A stretch of 64,000 bases of DNA from Diplonema japonicum (GCA_964019335.1 OZ025700.1:1-64000), one strand, 5' to 3'. Positions 44,825-56,420 are shown, numbered from the stretch's first letter. Made by a program: numbers and translations. Notes: generated by a model from the sequence alone, not told the origin.

Positions 44825-46957
44825 TCACCTTGTTAAGTATGGCGTTTTTCTTGTTTGTTGTAACATACCACTCTTGCTGCTCCCTCCCAACGATCGCAGC
44901 GAGCCTGAGGAACTCTCAGTGTCTGCGTCCGATTCCTTTGCCTTCGAGGCTTCTTGTTTCTTTTCAGTCTCCTGTTTGACAATCTTTTCAACAGGCGCTT
45001 CCCTTGGTTCTTTTGGAGGACTTTCTTTCTTCTCCGACTCCTCGCTCGCTTTTGCTTCCACCTTCGTGTTTTCTTTGTCCTTGGCCTCTTGTTCCACCTC
45101 TTCTTTGTCTTCGGTATCCCTTTCCCCTTTGTCATCCTCATTAGCTTTCGTTCCTTTCTCTTCGGTTTCTTCCTCTACTTTTACTTTTTCCTCCTCTTCC
45201 TTTTTTTCCTCCTCCCCTTCTATCTTGTCCTCTTCCCCTTCTTTCTTTTCCTCCTCCCCTTCTTTCTCGTCCTCTTTTTCTTCTTTCTTGTCGTCCTTCC
45301 CTTCTTTCCTATCTTTCTGGGTGTCACTCTCTTCCTTGTCCTCATCACCAGTGTCATCCTTCGCCTCATCTTCTGTTTTCTGCACTTCCTCTTTACCGTC
45401 CGTACTGTTCTTCTTTTCGGGAACTGCTTGTGGTACTTCTTGCTTTTCATCAGCGTTGCTATCTGCTGCAAAGGAAGACACAGAAGAGGAGAGCGAGGCA
45501 GATCTGCTTCTTTGTGTGGATTGCTCCGTTTTGCTTTTGTTCTCGGCCTTGGTTTCTTGGGACTTAGGTGTTTCTTCGTCGTAAGAAGAGGAGAGGGTTG
45601 AGGCAGCGGACACGGACCTGCTATTCGTATGCTTGCCGTCCTCATCAGATGACAACGAAGCTGTTGAAACTGACCTTGATCTGCTCTTCCGTGTCGCTGG
45701 CTTTGACTCTGCAGATGACTTTCTGTCACTGACTTTACTGTTTGCCGTGGTTCTAGAAGAAGGTGTCGTGCCCGTCTTGCTCTGGCTGTAGACTTTGGAG
45801 CTGTTGGGGCTTGACGCACCTTTTACAGGCGGCAAGAAGGTCTTTGATTCGGGGGGCGGGGAGTCCTCTGCCATAATTCTAGATGCCCTGTACTGCCTTT
45901 CCACCCTCATCAGCTGGTCCATAGGACGTAAGGAGGTGAAGTTGTCCTGCCACTCAGGCAGCTGCAGCGGTTTACGAGGACCGTGCTTCCTGAAGGGCCT
46001 CGCAGGAGAAAGCAAGCTTGCGAATCTCAGCGGGTTGAGGTGCACATTCTTCTTAGGCCCTGCAGGAGGAACTGGCGCCTTTGGAGGTGAGGAATCGCCG
46101 GGTCGCTGTGTGTGTGCAGGGCTCTTCAGCTCCTTCGTTTCTTCTCTTGCACCGCCACCTACTCGCCCCTGCACCCAGTATAGCGGCGGGTTGTACGCTC
46201 CATAAACAGGGCCCTGGGCACCTAGTGTAGTGTGCTGCCGTACACGTTCTGCAGCGGCAGCGTCTCCTCTTTTCAGAGGCGACAACTCGATCGGTTTCTT
46301 GTTTTTCTCAGCTCGTAGAGTGGCTGCTTGTTCGCGGGCTGCTTGCTCTCGAGCTTCGCGCGCTTCAGCCTTCTTCCTAGGAGAGGCGAGTCTGGGGACC
46401 TGGGGCTTGCGGGGAGGAGCTGGCGTTGGTTCGGGCTTGATTTCCTGCTTGCGTGGGGAGCCAAGACACGGTACAGGGGGTTTCTTCTTGGGAGCAGGGA
46501 CTCTTTCGGGCTCAGTAGGGGACTTTTTTTCATTCTCTGAGAGTCTGAAAACAGGTGGCTTCTTAGGCACCGGTGTCGGCCTCACTTCAACAACCTCTTT
46601 TTTGTGCGGGGAACTAAGGCGGGGGACAAGAGGCTTCTTTGGGGGGGGTTGGGGGGCAGGGACTTCCTTGGGCATCAGCTTAAACGCCCCACTGTCAGTT
46701 CGTGCCTTTGTCGAACTGCTTCTTCCACGGGTCAGGCTCATGTTTTGACTGCGGTTCGTGCTGCTGAGGCCATGGTTGTGTCTTGCTGGAGCATTCGCTG
46801 GTGCACTCTTTTCCGTCGGTGGGGCTACCTTAGTGGCAGTTGGATTAGTGCTTTGTTGTTGTTGCCTGTCATTAATGTGATTGATACACAGCTGGAGAGA
46901 AGGCAGTGTGCCAGTGGAGGCCGCCAGCAGGCTACTAAGCCCCCGTTCGCTCGACAT
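44825..46957 (-). CDS. Hypothetical low-complexity protein (Pro/Lys repeats, Ser-rich, Glu/Lys-rich)
   Basis: 710-codon ORF with repeated P.PKKP.VPRL.SP.K units. Confidence 0.75.
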   Translation of the reverse strand: MSSERGLSSLLAASTGTLPSLQLCINHINDRQQQQSTNPTATKVAPPTEKSAPANAPARHNHGLSSTNRSQNMSLTRGRSSSTKARTDSGAFKLMPKEVPAPQPPPKKPLVPRLSSPHKKEVVEVRPTPVPKKPPVFRLSENEKKSPTEPERVPAPKKKPPVPCLGSPRKQEIKPEPTPAPPRKPQVPRLASPRKKAEAREAREQAAREQAATLRAEKNKKPIELSPLKRGDAAAAERVRQHTTLGAQGPVYGAYNPPLYWVQGRVGGGAREETKELKSPAHTQRPGDSSPPKAPVPPAGPKKNVHLNPLRFASLLSPARPFRKHGPRKPLQLPEWQDNFTSLRPMDQLMRVERQYRASRIMAEDSPPPESKTFLPPVKGASSPNSSKVYSQSKTGTTPSSRTTANSKVSDRKSSAESKPATRKSRSRSVSTASLSSDEDGKHTNSRSVSAASTLSSSYDEETPKSQETKAENKSKTEQSTQRSRSASLSSSVSSFAADSNADEKQEVPQAVPEKKNSTDGKEEVQKTEDEAKDDTGDEDKEESDTQKDRKEGKDDKKEEKEDEKEGEEEKKEGEEDKIEGEEEKKEEEEKVKVEEETEEKGTKANEDDKGERDTEDKEEVEQEAKDKENTKVEAKASEESEKKESPPKEPREAPVEKIVKQETEKKQEASKAKESDADTESSSGSLRSLGGSSKSGMLQQTRKTPYLTR

Positions 46958-47017
46958 TTTAAATTCCTTTTGTGATTTGAAGAAAATAGCTTCGGAGAAG
47001 TCAATAACTCTAAAAGG

Positions 47018-47836
47018 CTACAGTGCCGACTGTGTAATGTGCTCAACGAAGTTGTCGAAGAGCACAGGCCACGCACCATGCTCAAGGTCGTAGTCGGAGA
47101 AGTCGTTTTTGTGCTTCCGGAATTCCGCAAACTGCCGCCACACATCCTTGCTAATCAGCTTCTTGTGCTGTGTGTTTACGTATGTACACCAATCGTCTAA
47201 TATGTCCCATTGATGGGCACCGGTGATGAGCAGCTTCCACAAGTCCACTGCTGATTCACAGTCCAAGTATCGCTGCCCAGCAGGCTTTGTCCAGTCGAAG
47301 CAAAAATAATAAAAATCCTTCCATTTACTAGCAGCTCGTGTCCTCCACACGGGAACTCCGTCCAAGATGTCCTCCAATGTGAAGCACCGCAGCTTCTTCA
47401 GCCCCATCACAAACTCTTCCCGACTGAGGCAGTACGACACTTTCGCATCCACCAGCCAAGCTGTTGGCGTGTAACAGTAATGGGGCGGGCATACCAATAA
47501 TAAGAATCAGAGGATCACTGAAGGGGTCCACTTTGAAGTCCTCGCAAAGCAGCACCATCCCCTTCCCCTGTATAGCGTCCACGTCAGAATCACCGCCTTC
47601 ATCTATTCCACGTTGTTTATACTTTTCATATAGAGCTGTCAGCGTGCTCAAGTCGCTCCCGTCCTCGTGCTCTTCGTAATACATAGTCAGCGCTGTCTGT
47701 TCTGTGTGCTGCGCGTTGTGCTGCATACCGTTAAAATCCATCCACCTTTATGCAGGCATGCCGTGGCTATTTCCTCAGCGGCACCAGTTATACACACAAA
47801 CTGCGCCACCGCGTCTTGTTGCTTTATTGTTAACAT
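47018..47836 (-). CDS. DCN1: DCN1-like neddylation E3 (UBA-like plus PONY domain), 2 micro-introns
   Basis: UBA-like VAQFVCITG; DFYYFCFDW..GQRYLD..AVDLWKL; ISKDVW; YDLEHGAWPVLFDNFVE. Confidence 0.9.
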
Positions 47837-47931
47837 GTACGCCTCGCAACAGTGACATCCTGTGTGGAGTATGTGGACATGAAATAAATAATGATTGCAA
47901 CGAACTACTTAGTTATAAACTGTGTAAATGG

Positions 47932-50598
47932 CTAGGTGTATCCAGCGCTCTCCGCCCGTGGGATGACGTGCTCGTGGTAGAACCATTCCAGATGCTCCGC
48001 TGCAGAGCACCCTGTGTTAGGGTTGTCGATGAAGAATGCTGATAAGATGGAGAACGCATCGATGAACTCTTCCGAGTCGATGGTCCCGTCGCCGTCACTG
48101 CCGGTGGCGTCCGGAGAGGAGCCCCCTTGACACAAAAAGAAGACGAGGTGCAAGTCTTGAAGGGAGACAGGGGACGGCACCCACCCAAAGAGGTTCAGCA
48201 GGTCACGGAATTCGTGCAGCGTGATTTCTTCGTCTTCCTGAGCTGCCCTCTTGAAGGCTACCTTCAAGAATCTCGCGACGCAATTCGAGGCGCACACCCG
48301 CCTCACGTCTATCGACATCAATGCACGCTTCAGCAGCCCCTCGCTGTGACCCTTTAACAACGGTTTGAAGAAGGGATACATCAGCCCTGTTCGTTCAGAA
48401 ACCAGGAGGTCCATGCACCGCGTTCTTATCTTCTCTGTCAGATGCACCCACGCAGACGACTCGATCGGGACATCGATGACCTCGGCGAACTTCGAGAAAG
48501 CCAGAGACAGAATCACGTTGGATTCATTTGTGCGTGCCTCGCGCAGCCAATTAGTGAGCAAGGATGCCACGCACAGCACGTTCATAGCGTTGCAGCAATC
48601 AGTCAGGTAATCCGTGTTATAGATCATGTCTGGAAGGGGTGTTTGGCTGAAGTAGATGTCCAGCTCTTTCAGAGGGTTTGTGGTGTTCGCATCCAGCTGA
48701 TTGGGTGCAAGGCATCGGCACACGCTCAACAGTGCTTGTCCATCGCGAAAATCGAACGTGAAATTCTTCGGCTTGTATACAAACCCTGTCTCTGCTGCAA
48801 CCTGCACCGTCTCTATCCACTGTAGTAGCAGCTCCTCCACATTGATCCCCTCCACCTTTGAGGAACCTCCCTCCAGGGCATCGTCCTTTGGTGCTTCAGA
48901 CTCCCCAGTATTAGTATTACTCTCCGCCAACGCAGCCCACCCTGCTGTGGTATTCACAATGTTCACAACTGAACTCTTGCTTCTGCCATGCGTGTTGTTT
49001 GAGAGCAGCGCACGCTCCATCTCTATTTCGTACCTCCTGTCCCTATGGTCTTTGAACTTCTTTTTCCATTTGTCGAAAAACTTCCCTACAAGGACGATGT
49101 CCTTCGCTTTCACAAGAAGGTAGTCCCAGCCCTCTGTCTTCACAACATTGCGCTGCCGCCAAGCGTTAAAGTGCACTTTCAAGCTGCTTTTCTTTAGTTC
49201 TGCCACTTCTTCCTCGAGGGACCTGGCGTACTTCCTCAGCTCAGCTTCTGAAAGGCTATCGACGTCGACACCCTCATCTTGAAAAAAGGAAACAGACTCT
49301 TTTTTTGCCGCAGACGGCTCTACTTCAGTTGTGTTTGCCTTGCCCGACCACGGACGCATAGATATGAACTGAGGAAGATTGCCGTCACCTGTCAGATCCA
49401 GCTCCATGATGGTCTCGTCCTCGAAGTCGTGGTAAATGGCGCTGAATAGCACAGGGAGGCACCTGCGCAGGATTTTCACAAGTCCGGAGTAAAGAGGTAC
49501 CATCCTGAAGATCATCATGCAGCTCGTTGCGGTGCTTAACGCGTTCGGCCGTTTCAATCCTTTAGTTACCTCTTCCATCTCGCGCATCACCGCCTCAGCC
49601 CACGGAAACGGTGCCACCTTTGTCTCCCAACCCAGTGCCCACTGGCGATAGAGTTTGCGTGCCTGCCGTGCGTCGTAGGTCTCGTCGGTCATCGAATATG
49701 CGTCGGGGCATGCCATCGCTGCGTGCATAGATTCTACAGGTGTGCGAAGTATTATGCCAGACTGCGGCCTCCTGACGTTGAAGCGAGGCTTGTTCCTCGT
49801 GAAAGGTACCATCAAACCTATTTGCGCCTCTTTTTCAAGACGGTGGTTCCATGCGTCACTGCTGATGAAGACCTGAGGCGTGTGCTTGACATCTGTCAGG
49901 CAAAGCTTGGGTGCATCCCTGACCTTCGGAGGGCTGAGGCTGATTGTGATCGAACGCTCTTTGATGAAGGCTGCCAGCGTCAACGTGTACCGGGCCGTCC
50001 CCGTGCATGCTGCAACATAAACCTGTTCGTGGTCGATGCTGAACGAGATGATAGAGGTGACCTTGTCGACGGCGACCGAGAGGGTGGCACCAGGCGGCCA
50101 CTTGGGAGTCATGAAGATGGGGCTGTTGTCACCTGATCCGCACTCGTAGACAGCACCACCGGGGCACCAGATCATTCCCCAAGACGTTGTGAGGTTCAAC
50201 ATGGCCGACCAGGGGGATGTTGTGGTCCCCATGTGGGTTACCCACCAGGGGCCTTCTGGTATGACACCAACTGCCATGTTCTTTCCGCTTTTGCTATTGC
50301 TACCGCTAATTGTCCACGTGGCTTTCATGACGGGTGTGTCCGAAGCTGCAGCGCTGATGCCTCTCCACAGACCGTCCTCGTCTCCCTCGTCCCAAAGACC
50401 TTGTGGTATGTATGCAGTTGTACCGCCTTCCTTCACCGCAATACCATCCGAGGCACTGTTCATGTTCCATGTCACTGCATGCGAACAGATCTGCTGCGCG
50501 TCATTCCCCTGTTGTCTCGCACGCGGAACCTGCTTCCCAAACTTCGGGGTTGGGGCACGAAGGGACATCTTTGGCATCGTGCCTGTGGTGGCATGCAT
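47932..50598 (-). CDS. Hypothetical protein with SPRY-like, calponin-homology-like and EF-hand domains
   Basis: EELLLQWI..KNFTFDFRDGQALL (CH); DGDGTIDSEEF (EF-hand); N-terminal beta-rich region containing MAVGVIP. Confidence 0.7.
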   Translation of the reverse strand: MHATTGTMPKMSLRAPTPKFGKQVPRARQQGNDAQQICSHAVTWNMNSASDGIAVKEGGTTAYIPQGLWDEGDEDGLWRGISAAASDTPVMKATWTISGSNSKSGKNMAVGVIPEGPWWVTHMGTTTSPWSAMLNLTTSWGMIWCPGGAVYECGSGDNSPIFMTPKWPPGATLSVAVDKVTSIISFSIDHEQVYVAACTGTARYTLTLAAFIKERSITISLSPPKVRDAPKLCLTDVKHTPQVFISSDAWNHRLEKEAQIGLMVPFTRNKPRFNVRRPQSGIILRTPVESMHAAMACPDAYSMTDETYDARQARKLYRQWALGWETKVAPFPWAEAVMREMEEVTKGLKRPNALSTATSCMMIFRMVPLYSGLVKILRRCLPVLFSAIYHDFEDETIMELDLTGDGNLPQFISMRPWSGKANTTEVEPSAAKKESVSFFQDEGVDVDSLSEAELRKYARSLEEEVAELKKSSLKVHFNAWRQRNVVKTEGWDYLLVKAKDIVLVGKFFDKWKKKFKDHRDRRYEIEMERALLSNNTHGRSKSSVVNIVNTTAGWAALAESNTNTGESEAPKDDALEGGSSKVEGINVEELLLQWIETVQVAAETGFVYKPKNFTFDFRDGQALLSVCRCLAPNQLDANTTNPLKELDIYFSQTPLPDMIYNTDYLTDCCNAMNVLCVASLLTNWLREARTNESNVILSLAFSKFAEVIDVPIESSAWVHLTEKIRTRCMDLLVSERTGLMYPFFKPLLKGHSEGLLKRALMSIDVRRVCASNCVARFLKVAFKRAAQEDEEITLHEFRDLLNLFGWVPSPVSLQDLHLVFFLCQGGSSPDATGSDGDGTIDSEEFIDAFSILSAFFIDNPNTGCSAAEHLEWFYHEHVIPRAESAGYT

Positions 50599-50713
50599 GG
50601 CTGCAACATGGTACAGGGACGAAGATAATATTGTAGATAAAGGAAGAAGCCAATCTCAAAGTTCCGAAGACGCATCTCGGTTATCGCCTTGAAACAGCCT
50701 TCAAGAAAAAGGG

Positions 50714-50747
<34 letters not shown>

Positions 50748-51224
50748 ATGTTCAGGTTTGCGAGGATTGCATTCATCGTGTGTACTCCCAATGTAAGCGT
50801 GCTTACAAATTCTACTTTTTATCGCCAATGGCGATAAACAGGCGTACTTTTCTTTGAGTGCAATCCACCATTCTACTTTGGCCCCACTGAGGGTAAAAGA
50901 ACTTTCTCTTTTATTGGACAAGCTGCAAACATTGTCCAGAAGGTTTATTCAATCGAACTCTTCTGCATAAGCTTGCAGGGAGGAAGGGAAATAGATGTTC
51001 ACCATGATTGGAGAGAAGTGTCCGAAAGAAAAGGGCGTAGAAAACAAAAGGCTCTCTTTGAGGCGGAAAAAGGTATAAAAAAGCATACAACAGTAGTCGT
51101 GTAATGATTACAACAAAGCCTTTTTGTGAGTATTTCTCTTGTGTTGCTTCGCGCCATCTTCTCGAGGACAAAGTAATGCCATCGGACGAAAAGAAAAAGA
51201 ATCAACAAAATTTGCTTTTTTAGA

Positions 51225-52338
51225 CTAAAAACTGGGAGCACTGAAGCACGTGCACTTGTTCCTGTTGGAGAAGGCAGGTCCAGAGGGCTTCTTCCCACAC
51301 AGGGGTCCTCCGTTCCCTGCATTACGCTGCACGAAAACAGAGAAGTGGAGGAGGTCCCTGGTGAGGGGAATCTCGATGGAGGGGGTCCCTCCCGCCACCT
51401 CCAACCTGAAGGTCGCTGTCGGGAGAGAAGTTGCGGGAGAAGGAGCCCCAGAGAAAGTGGGGACGTACTTGGGCCCGCAGCCTCCAGCCTCGAAGCCTGC
51501 GTCGAGCAGCCCGTGAGGAAGGCCCCCGTTCAGAGCAGAGCTGCAGGGAGGCAGTTGTGGAGCGTCACATAAAAGGTGCACGGGTCGCTGCCCAAACACG
51601 TCAGCCGCAGAGACATCCCCTTAAACCAACACAAGGAGACCCGACTCGAAGCATGCAAGGTACATCTTCGAGTTGTAGAACTTCAAGTCACCGCAGTATT
51701 GCACGGCTGGGCACGGTCACGGGCACTACAGCCCCTGTCGCGGCATTCATCTTCTCAATTGTGTATGTCGCACCTGCCTGGCTTGAGTACAGGAAACCCT
51801 CGTGGTAAGTGAGCCTGCTATTTTCCTGAACGCCCGACTGGTAGGTGGCCTCAATGACGGGCTAGTGGGGTCGGACACGTCAATGACGACGATGGCATTG
51901 TCCTTGTTCCACACGTTGATGGAGGCGTAGATCTTCCCGTTGAGGTACGTCATGTCGAAGATGAAGAAGGCATTAGAGATCGTGAGGGAGCCGAGGATGG
52001 AGAGGTCGCTCTTCGACTGCACGTACAGTGTGTCGATGGGTGGTGGGGTCGTGGTACGACAAGTAAGGAGGTCTGCCGACTCGGCCAGTCCACGCCAACC
52101 AAAGTTCCAGCCGGAACAGGGGGGACCACACTATGCAGCATATCCACCTCAACAGGCTTCTTCTTGTCCGCCACATTCATGATCAAGATCTCCCTTGACT
52201 CTGTAGCACTGTAGATGTAGTCCCCCCGCTTCGCCATGGCCCCAATAACATCGTCCAAACGCACTCCATTGTTACCACCTTCGTAAGCCCCTGCCCTGCA
52301 ACAGCAAGCGTAGTGAATAACAGTATTCTCATCAACAT
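51225..52338 (-). pseudogene. Frameshifted member of a secreted LVIVD-repeat-like family with Cys-rich C-terminal domain
   Basis: The signal peptide MLMRILLFTTLAVAGQG and the segments GDYIYSA..ILIMNVADKKKP and IVVIDVSDPTSP are not in one continuous frame. The C-terminus is nearly identical to 63478-63870 but frameshifted. Confidence 0.7.
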
Positions 52339-53350
52339 TATTTTGCTTTTTTGTTTTAAAAAAATTGAAAAGAAACCTTCGGGTATCGGCAGCGGTAAAG
52401 TGAAGAGGGAGAGTTATCTTATAAATAAAAAAAAAAGATAAGAGTGAGCACTGTGGGGGGGCAGGGACAAAAAAAGGGAGAAAAGACAAAAAGCAAAACA
52501 ATAGCGACAAGACCGTCGAAGAGAGTAAGGAAAATCAAACGCCAAGACCGAAGACAAACAAATCTCAGTATGTTGACGGTGAAAGAAGTGAACGAAAAAA
52601 AAGGGGGGGATAATCCCGTAAAAATATAGGAGAAAAAAAAGGGGGGGGTGATAAGAGTCAACTGATTGTCTGTGCAAGCCATTTCACCACTCCTTTTTTG
52701 CCATAACAATTATCTTCAAAGTTTGTTTGCCTGTTCCAGCAAAAAAAAAGGGGAGGGGGTGATTCATATCTCTTATGCGGTGGAGTAAAACAAAGTTTTT
52801 CCCAGCCAGTGGGGGCATCTGGTATGAGGCAATTATATATATGAGTTCCTCCGCCTTGAAAATAACAGCGATAGAAAAGAATTTGAAAGTTCTCTGTTTC
52901 AATTTTTTTTTTTTTTTTTTTTTTTCCCCTGTGGAATATTAAAAAAAAAAAGAGGGTAAAGACTCATTCTTTGTACACAACAACAAAAAAAAATCTCTTT
53001 TTTTTTTCTTTTCTTTTTTGACATTTTCTTTTTTTGGCGGGCCGTTGCTAACCACTTCGTTCCTATCATATAGTGAATTTTTTTTGCAGCGGACGACTCG
53101 TTCGTTTACCTTCCATATTCGCAAAGTGACCGACCAGAACTCGCATTTTGAAGAGCTAAAAAAATTTCTAATTGCTTTTTCTAGGGCTGGAATGGATTTA
53201 TTTGCGTCCGGGGCCCAATGTCCGACATATGGAATTTTTTTTTGTAATAAAAATTTCTTTGGTGATTTGCCTTACTTTGTACTACACAAAATGAAGCAGC
53301 TCCGGTGGAAAAAACACAGCACAAGTGGGGTTCGAACCTGACGAAAAAAA

Positions 53351-53433
53351 CCACTGCGTCGGGATTCGAACCCGCGACTCCTGGAACAAGGGGGCTTGAC
53401 AGGTGAGAACGGTAACCACTCTACCACACAAAA
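53351..53433 (-). pseudogene. tRNA-like (Asp-GTC-like) sequence or tRNA-derived SINE head
   Basis: A box TGGTAGAGTGG, CTGTCAA anticodon-like loop, B box GGTTCGAATCC, partial acceptor stem and a T7 run. The anticodon stem is disrupted. A second B box lies at about 53328-53340. Confidence 0.55.
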
Positions 53434-53857
53434 ATTCAAAACTCTGACCTCACGCATCCGGCACAGTGAGTGGAGTAGGTTCCCTTCTTTCCACACCAGA
53501 TATCCTCCGCCCAAAACTCAAAATGGCGACTTCCAAGGTCATTTTGGTTGGCCCCCAAAAACTTTTTTTGGAAAATTCTTTTTGGAACTTCCTTGGAACT
53601 CACCGTTCTTTCATGTCCGACATATGGACTTTTTGAAAAAAAAATTCAATGAACCTTTGAGCATTTTTGACATTTTTTCCCCTATAGCCCCCTATAACCC
53701 CTTTGGGACATATAGCGAATATGGAAGGTTATAAAAAAAGGGGGAAAAAATAAAAAAAAGAGGAAATAAAAAAAAAAAAAAAAAAAGAGACATTTAAGGG
53801 TACCTGCGGTATGTGACAGGACGCCTGATGAAAAAAAAAAAATCTTTTTTTGAACGA

Positions 53858-55369
53858 TCAGCGAGGTGACTTGTTTTCCCCAAGAAATCTATTCAGTGAC
53901 TCTTCCATCTTGTCCTGTCTCTGCGTTAAGGCAGCTTGGTTGTCGAGAATTGCCTTCAAATTCCTATTGATGGTGTCCATCATATTCTCGGCCCGTTTTA
54001 CAGGCGAAGTTCGCTTCTTCTCATTAGAAGAACTGGACGAACCGTCGGCATCGTCCATTTCAAGTGCCGTCTCAATGTCGATGTCTTGAGACTCGCAAAT
54101 CCTATTTATCTTAGAGTCAAGAATGAGCAGCTTCCTGTTCAAGTCCACAGGCTCGATGGTAAGATGCATCTCTGCTTTGAACTGTTTCAAGTGCCGCTTC
54201 AGTTTTCTAAACTTGCTGCAGATATGTTTCAACTGCCACCTCAAAGCACTGTCGTCCGGGTATTTCCTGCAAAGAAAGGCGGTTTCAATGATACGAACGC
54301 TGTACTCCTCGACCTTTGTTGTCAAGCGTGCTTCGGTCATGAACTCCAAGACGCGCTCCTGCTGTGAGTCGAGCGTGAAGAGAGATGTTATGACATTGAT
54401 GAGCAACGCGGAGGAAAGCAGCCCGTGCAGAGCAGTCACACATGCTATTGTCCGGCCTATAGGTGTTTTTGGAGAGAAGTCGCCGTAACCTACGGTCGTC
54501 ATAGTGATGAAGGTAAGCCACATGGCGTCATCGAAGGTTAGCTGTGCTTCCTCCGCCATGTACATTGCCATGGAGAGCAGGAACCAGCCTACTGTCGTGC
54601 ATGTCGTGATCATGGACACCGGGTACCGTCTGAGCCAAACACGTAATTGGAAAACCTTGTTGTTCGATATCCTCGCCACAGTAGCAACCAGCCTCCCTCC
54701 CCGTGACGTGGTGTCGGAGTATCCTCGCAAAAACGCAAAAATGGTGTAGATGCGAAGCAACGCCAGAATCTGCAGTTTGTAAGCATCGTCCCATACAAGA
54801 ACCATGAACGGCGGTTCGTGAAGCGACAGAATCACCATCTCGCTCAACCAGTACGGACACTGGTTCGAGAAGATCAATGGGATTCCTTCCCAAAGGTGGT
54901 CGAAGTGCGATATGTTTCGCACTCGCAACACGTACCACTTCGTTACGCAGATGAGCTGGAAAACCACCAACACCGACATTATTATAACGAGCGCGTGGTA
55001 GCGAACTGTTTGCCGGTTGAAGTTCTCAGCATATTGAGCTTCTGTGTCATCAGGAGTGGTGATGTTCACCAGGTTCTTTTCAGAGATATATTTGTGTCTT
55101 GGATTCAACAAACCAATTACCTGGACGGCCAGCAAGAGAATGTGCAGCATCGCGAGGAAGAATAGCAGAGTAGCATAGAAACGCCTGTCCTTCATGTCCT
55201 GCCAGTCATCCTCCAAAGAGGTCACCAGTGCTGTGTCGTGCCCACTGGAAAGTGTTTGATTCTTTTTCTTCCCGCCCAACACCGTTACTCCGATATTTGA
55301 CAGAACGCCGTTGCCTTTCCACAACTTCCCCCGTGCGGCGTTCACAGGTTCGTTCACCGTTTCTGGCAT
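53858..55369 (-). CDS. SK/IK-like (calcium-activated) potassium channel subunit
   Basis: Six TM segments, pore AMWLTFITMTTVGYGDFSP, post-S6 CaM-binding-like helix and coiled coil. Confidence 0.9.
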   Translation of the reverse strand: MPETVNEPVNAARGKLWKGNGVLSNIGVTVLGGKKKNQTLSSGHDTALVTSLEDDWQDMKDRRFYATLLFFLAMLHILLLAVQVIGLLNPRHKYISEKNLVNITTPDDTEAQYAENFNRQTVRYHALVIIMSVLVVFQLICVTKWYVLRVRNISHFDHLWEGIPLIFSNQCPYWLSEMVILSLHEPPFMVLVWDDAYKLQILALLRIYTIFAFLRGYSDTTSRGGRLVATVARISNNKVFQLRVWLRRYPVSMITTCTTVGWFLLSMAMYMAEEAQLTFDDAMWLTFITMTTVGYGDFSPKTPIGRTIACVTALHGLLSSALLINVITSLFTLDSQQERVLEFMTEARLTTKVEEYSVRIIETAFLCRKYPDDSALRWQLKHICSKFRKLKRHLKQFKAEMHLTIEPVDLNRKLLILDSKINRICESQDIDIETALEMDDADGSSSSSNEKKRTSPVKRAENMMDTINRNLKAILDNQAALTQRQDKMEESLNRFLGENKSPR

Positions 55370-56380
55370 TTCTTTTTTCTTTTTCTTTTTTTTTTTTTTT
55401 ACCCCCTACCTTGTTTGCAACTTTGTTAGAGGTTGATATAAAAAAAAAAGCTTTAACAAACAAAGACATGGAAGAAAGCCCTTTTAAGAAGTTGCTTTAG
55501 AAAATTGTTTTTCTTTTTCTTCTTCGTTCTTTTTTTTTTCTTTTCTAAAGCTCGTCGGGGCACATAGGAACAAAAAATATATTAAAAGTATGAAATAGGG
55601 GGGGGGGGGGGGGGGGCAAATCATTTTCTTTTTTTTATTTGGGCTTTAGCGCAGTCACAAATAAGAACTACAGAAACGAAAAGAAGGGGAAAAATAGAAA
55701 AAAGAAGGGCAAAAAAACGCGGGGTTTTCTCCTTCCCATCCTTCTTTCGATCTTCGTCCTATAAAAAAAAAAAAATGCAATTGCTTTCCCAGTACTGGGG
55801 GCTTCTCAAATAATGGTATACATTGGATAAAAAATAGATAATGGGAAATGACAAATATGAGAAATGACCTCTTGGCTATTTTGTAGAGTATGGGGCTCGA
55901 GATAAAAATACGAGGGAGGGAGGGAGGATTTCTTTTTTTCTTCGAAAAAAAAAAAAAAAAAAAAAACATAATCTATTGTCACTCATGTTTTATGAACATA
56001 TTTATTTTTCACTTGCTTCTTTTTTTTTTCCGTTTTGGGACGGCGAAACTATGTGTAATCTAGTTCGTGGCAAATAACTAGTATCTGCCATTAGATATTT
56101 TAATGTGGATCTAGATGATGGGGTCAGCTGTTAAAGACGCTCACCAGTGAGAAAATGCCAAACAGCCCCCCCCAAAAAAAAGAGACTATTTAAGGGTGCC
56201 TGCAGTATGTGGCAGGGCGCCCTGCACAAGTATCGTGTAAAAAAGAAACAATATAACTTTACAAAATAAAATAAAAAAGAGTTTATTCAGGAAGGGCAGC
56301 ACGCGGTCAACGGTAAAGTTGACTTTTTTTTTTTTGAAACGTTCCCTAACTACCCTCGAATATCAGAATAAACAAGAAAA

Positions 56381-56420
<40 letters not shown>

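Noticed and set aside
11110-47836. Alternative genetic code or mass pseudogenisation suggested by fragmented ORFs
   Set aside because: The breaks I traced are explained by GT-AG micro-introns that restore the frame and conserved motifs.
53822-53835. Hammerhead core CTGATGA or SECIS
   Set aside because: It is followed by poly-A with no stem II, and there is no SECIS quartet geometry.
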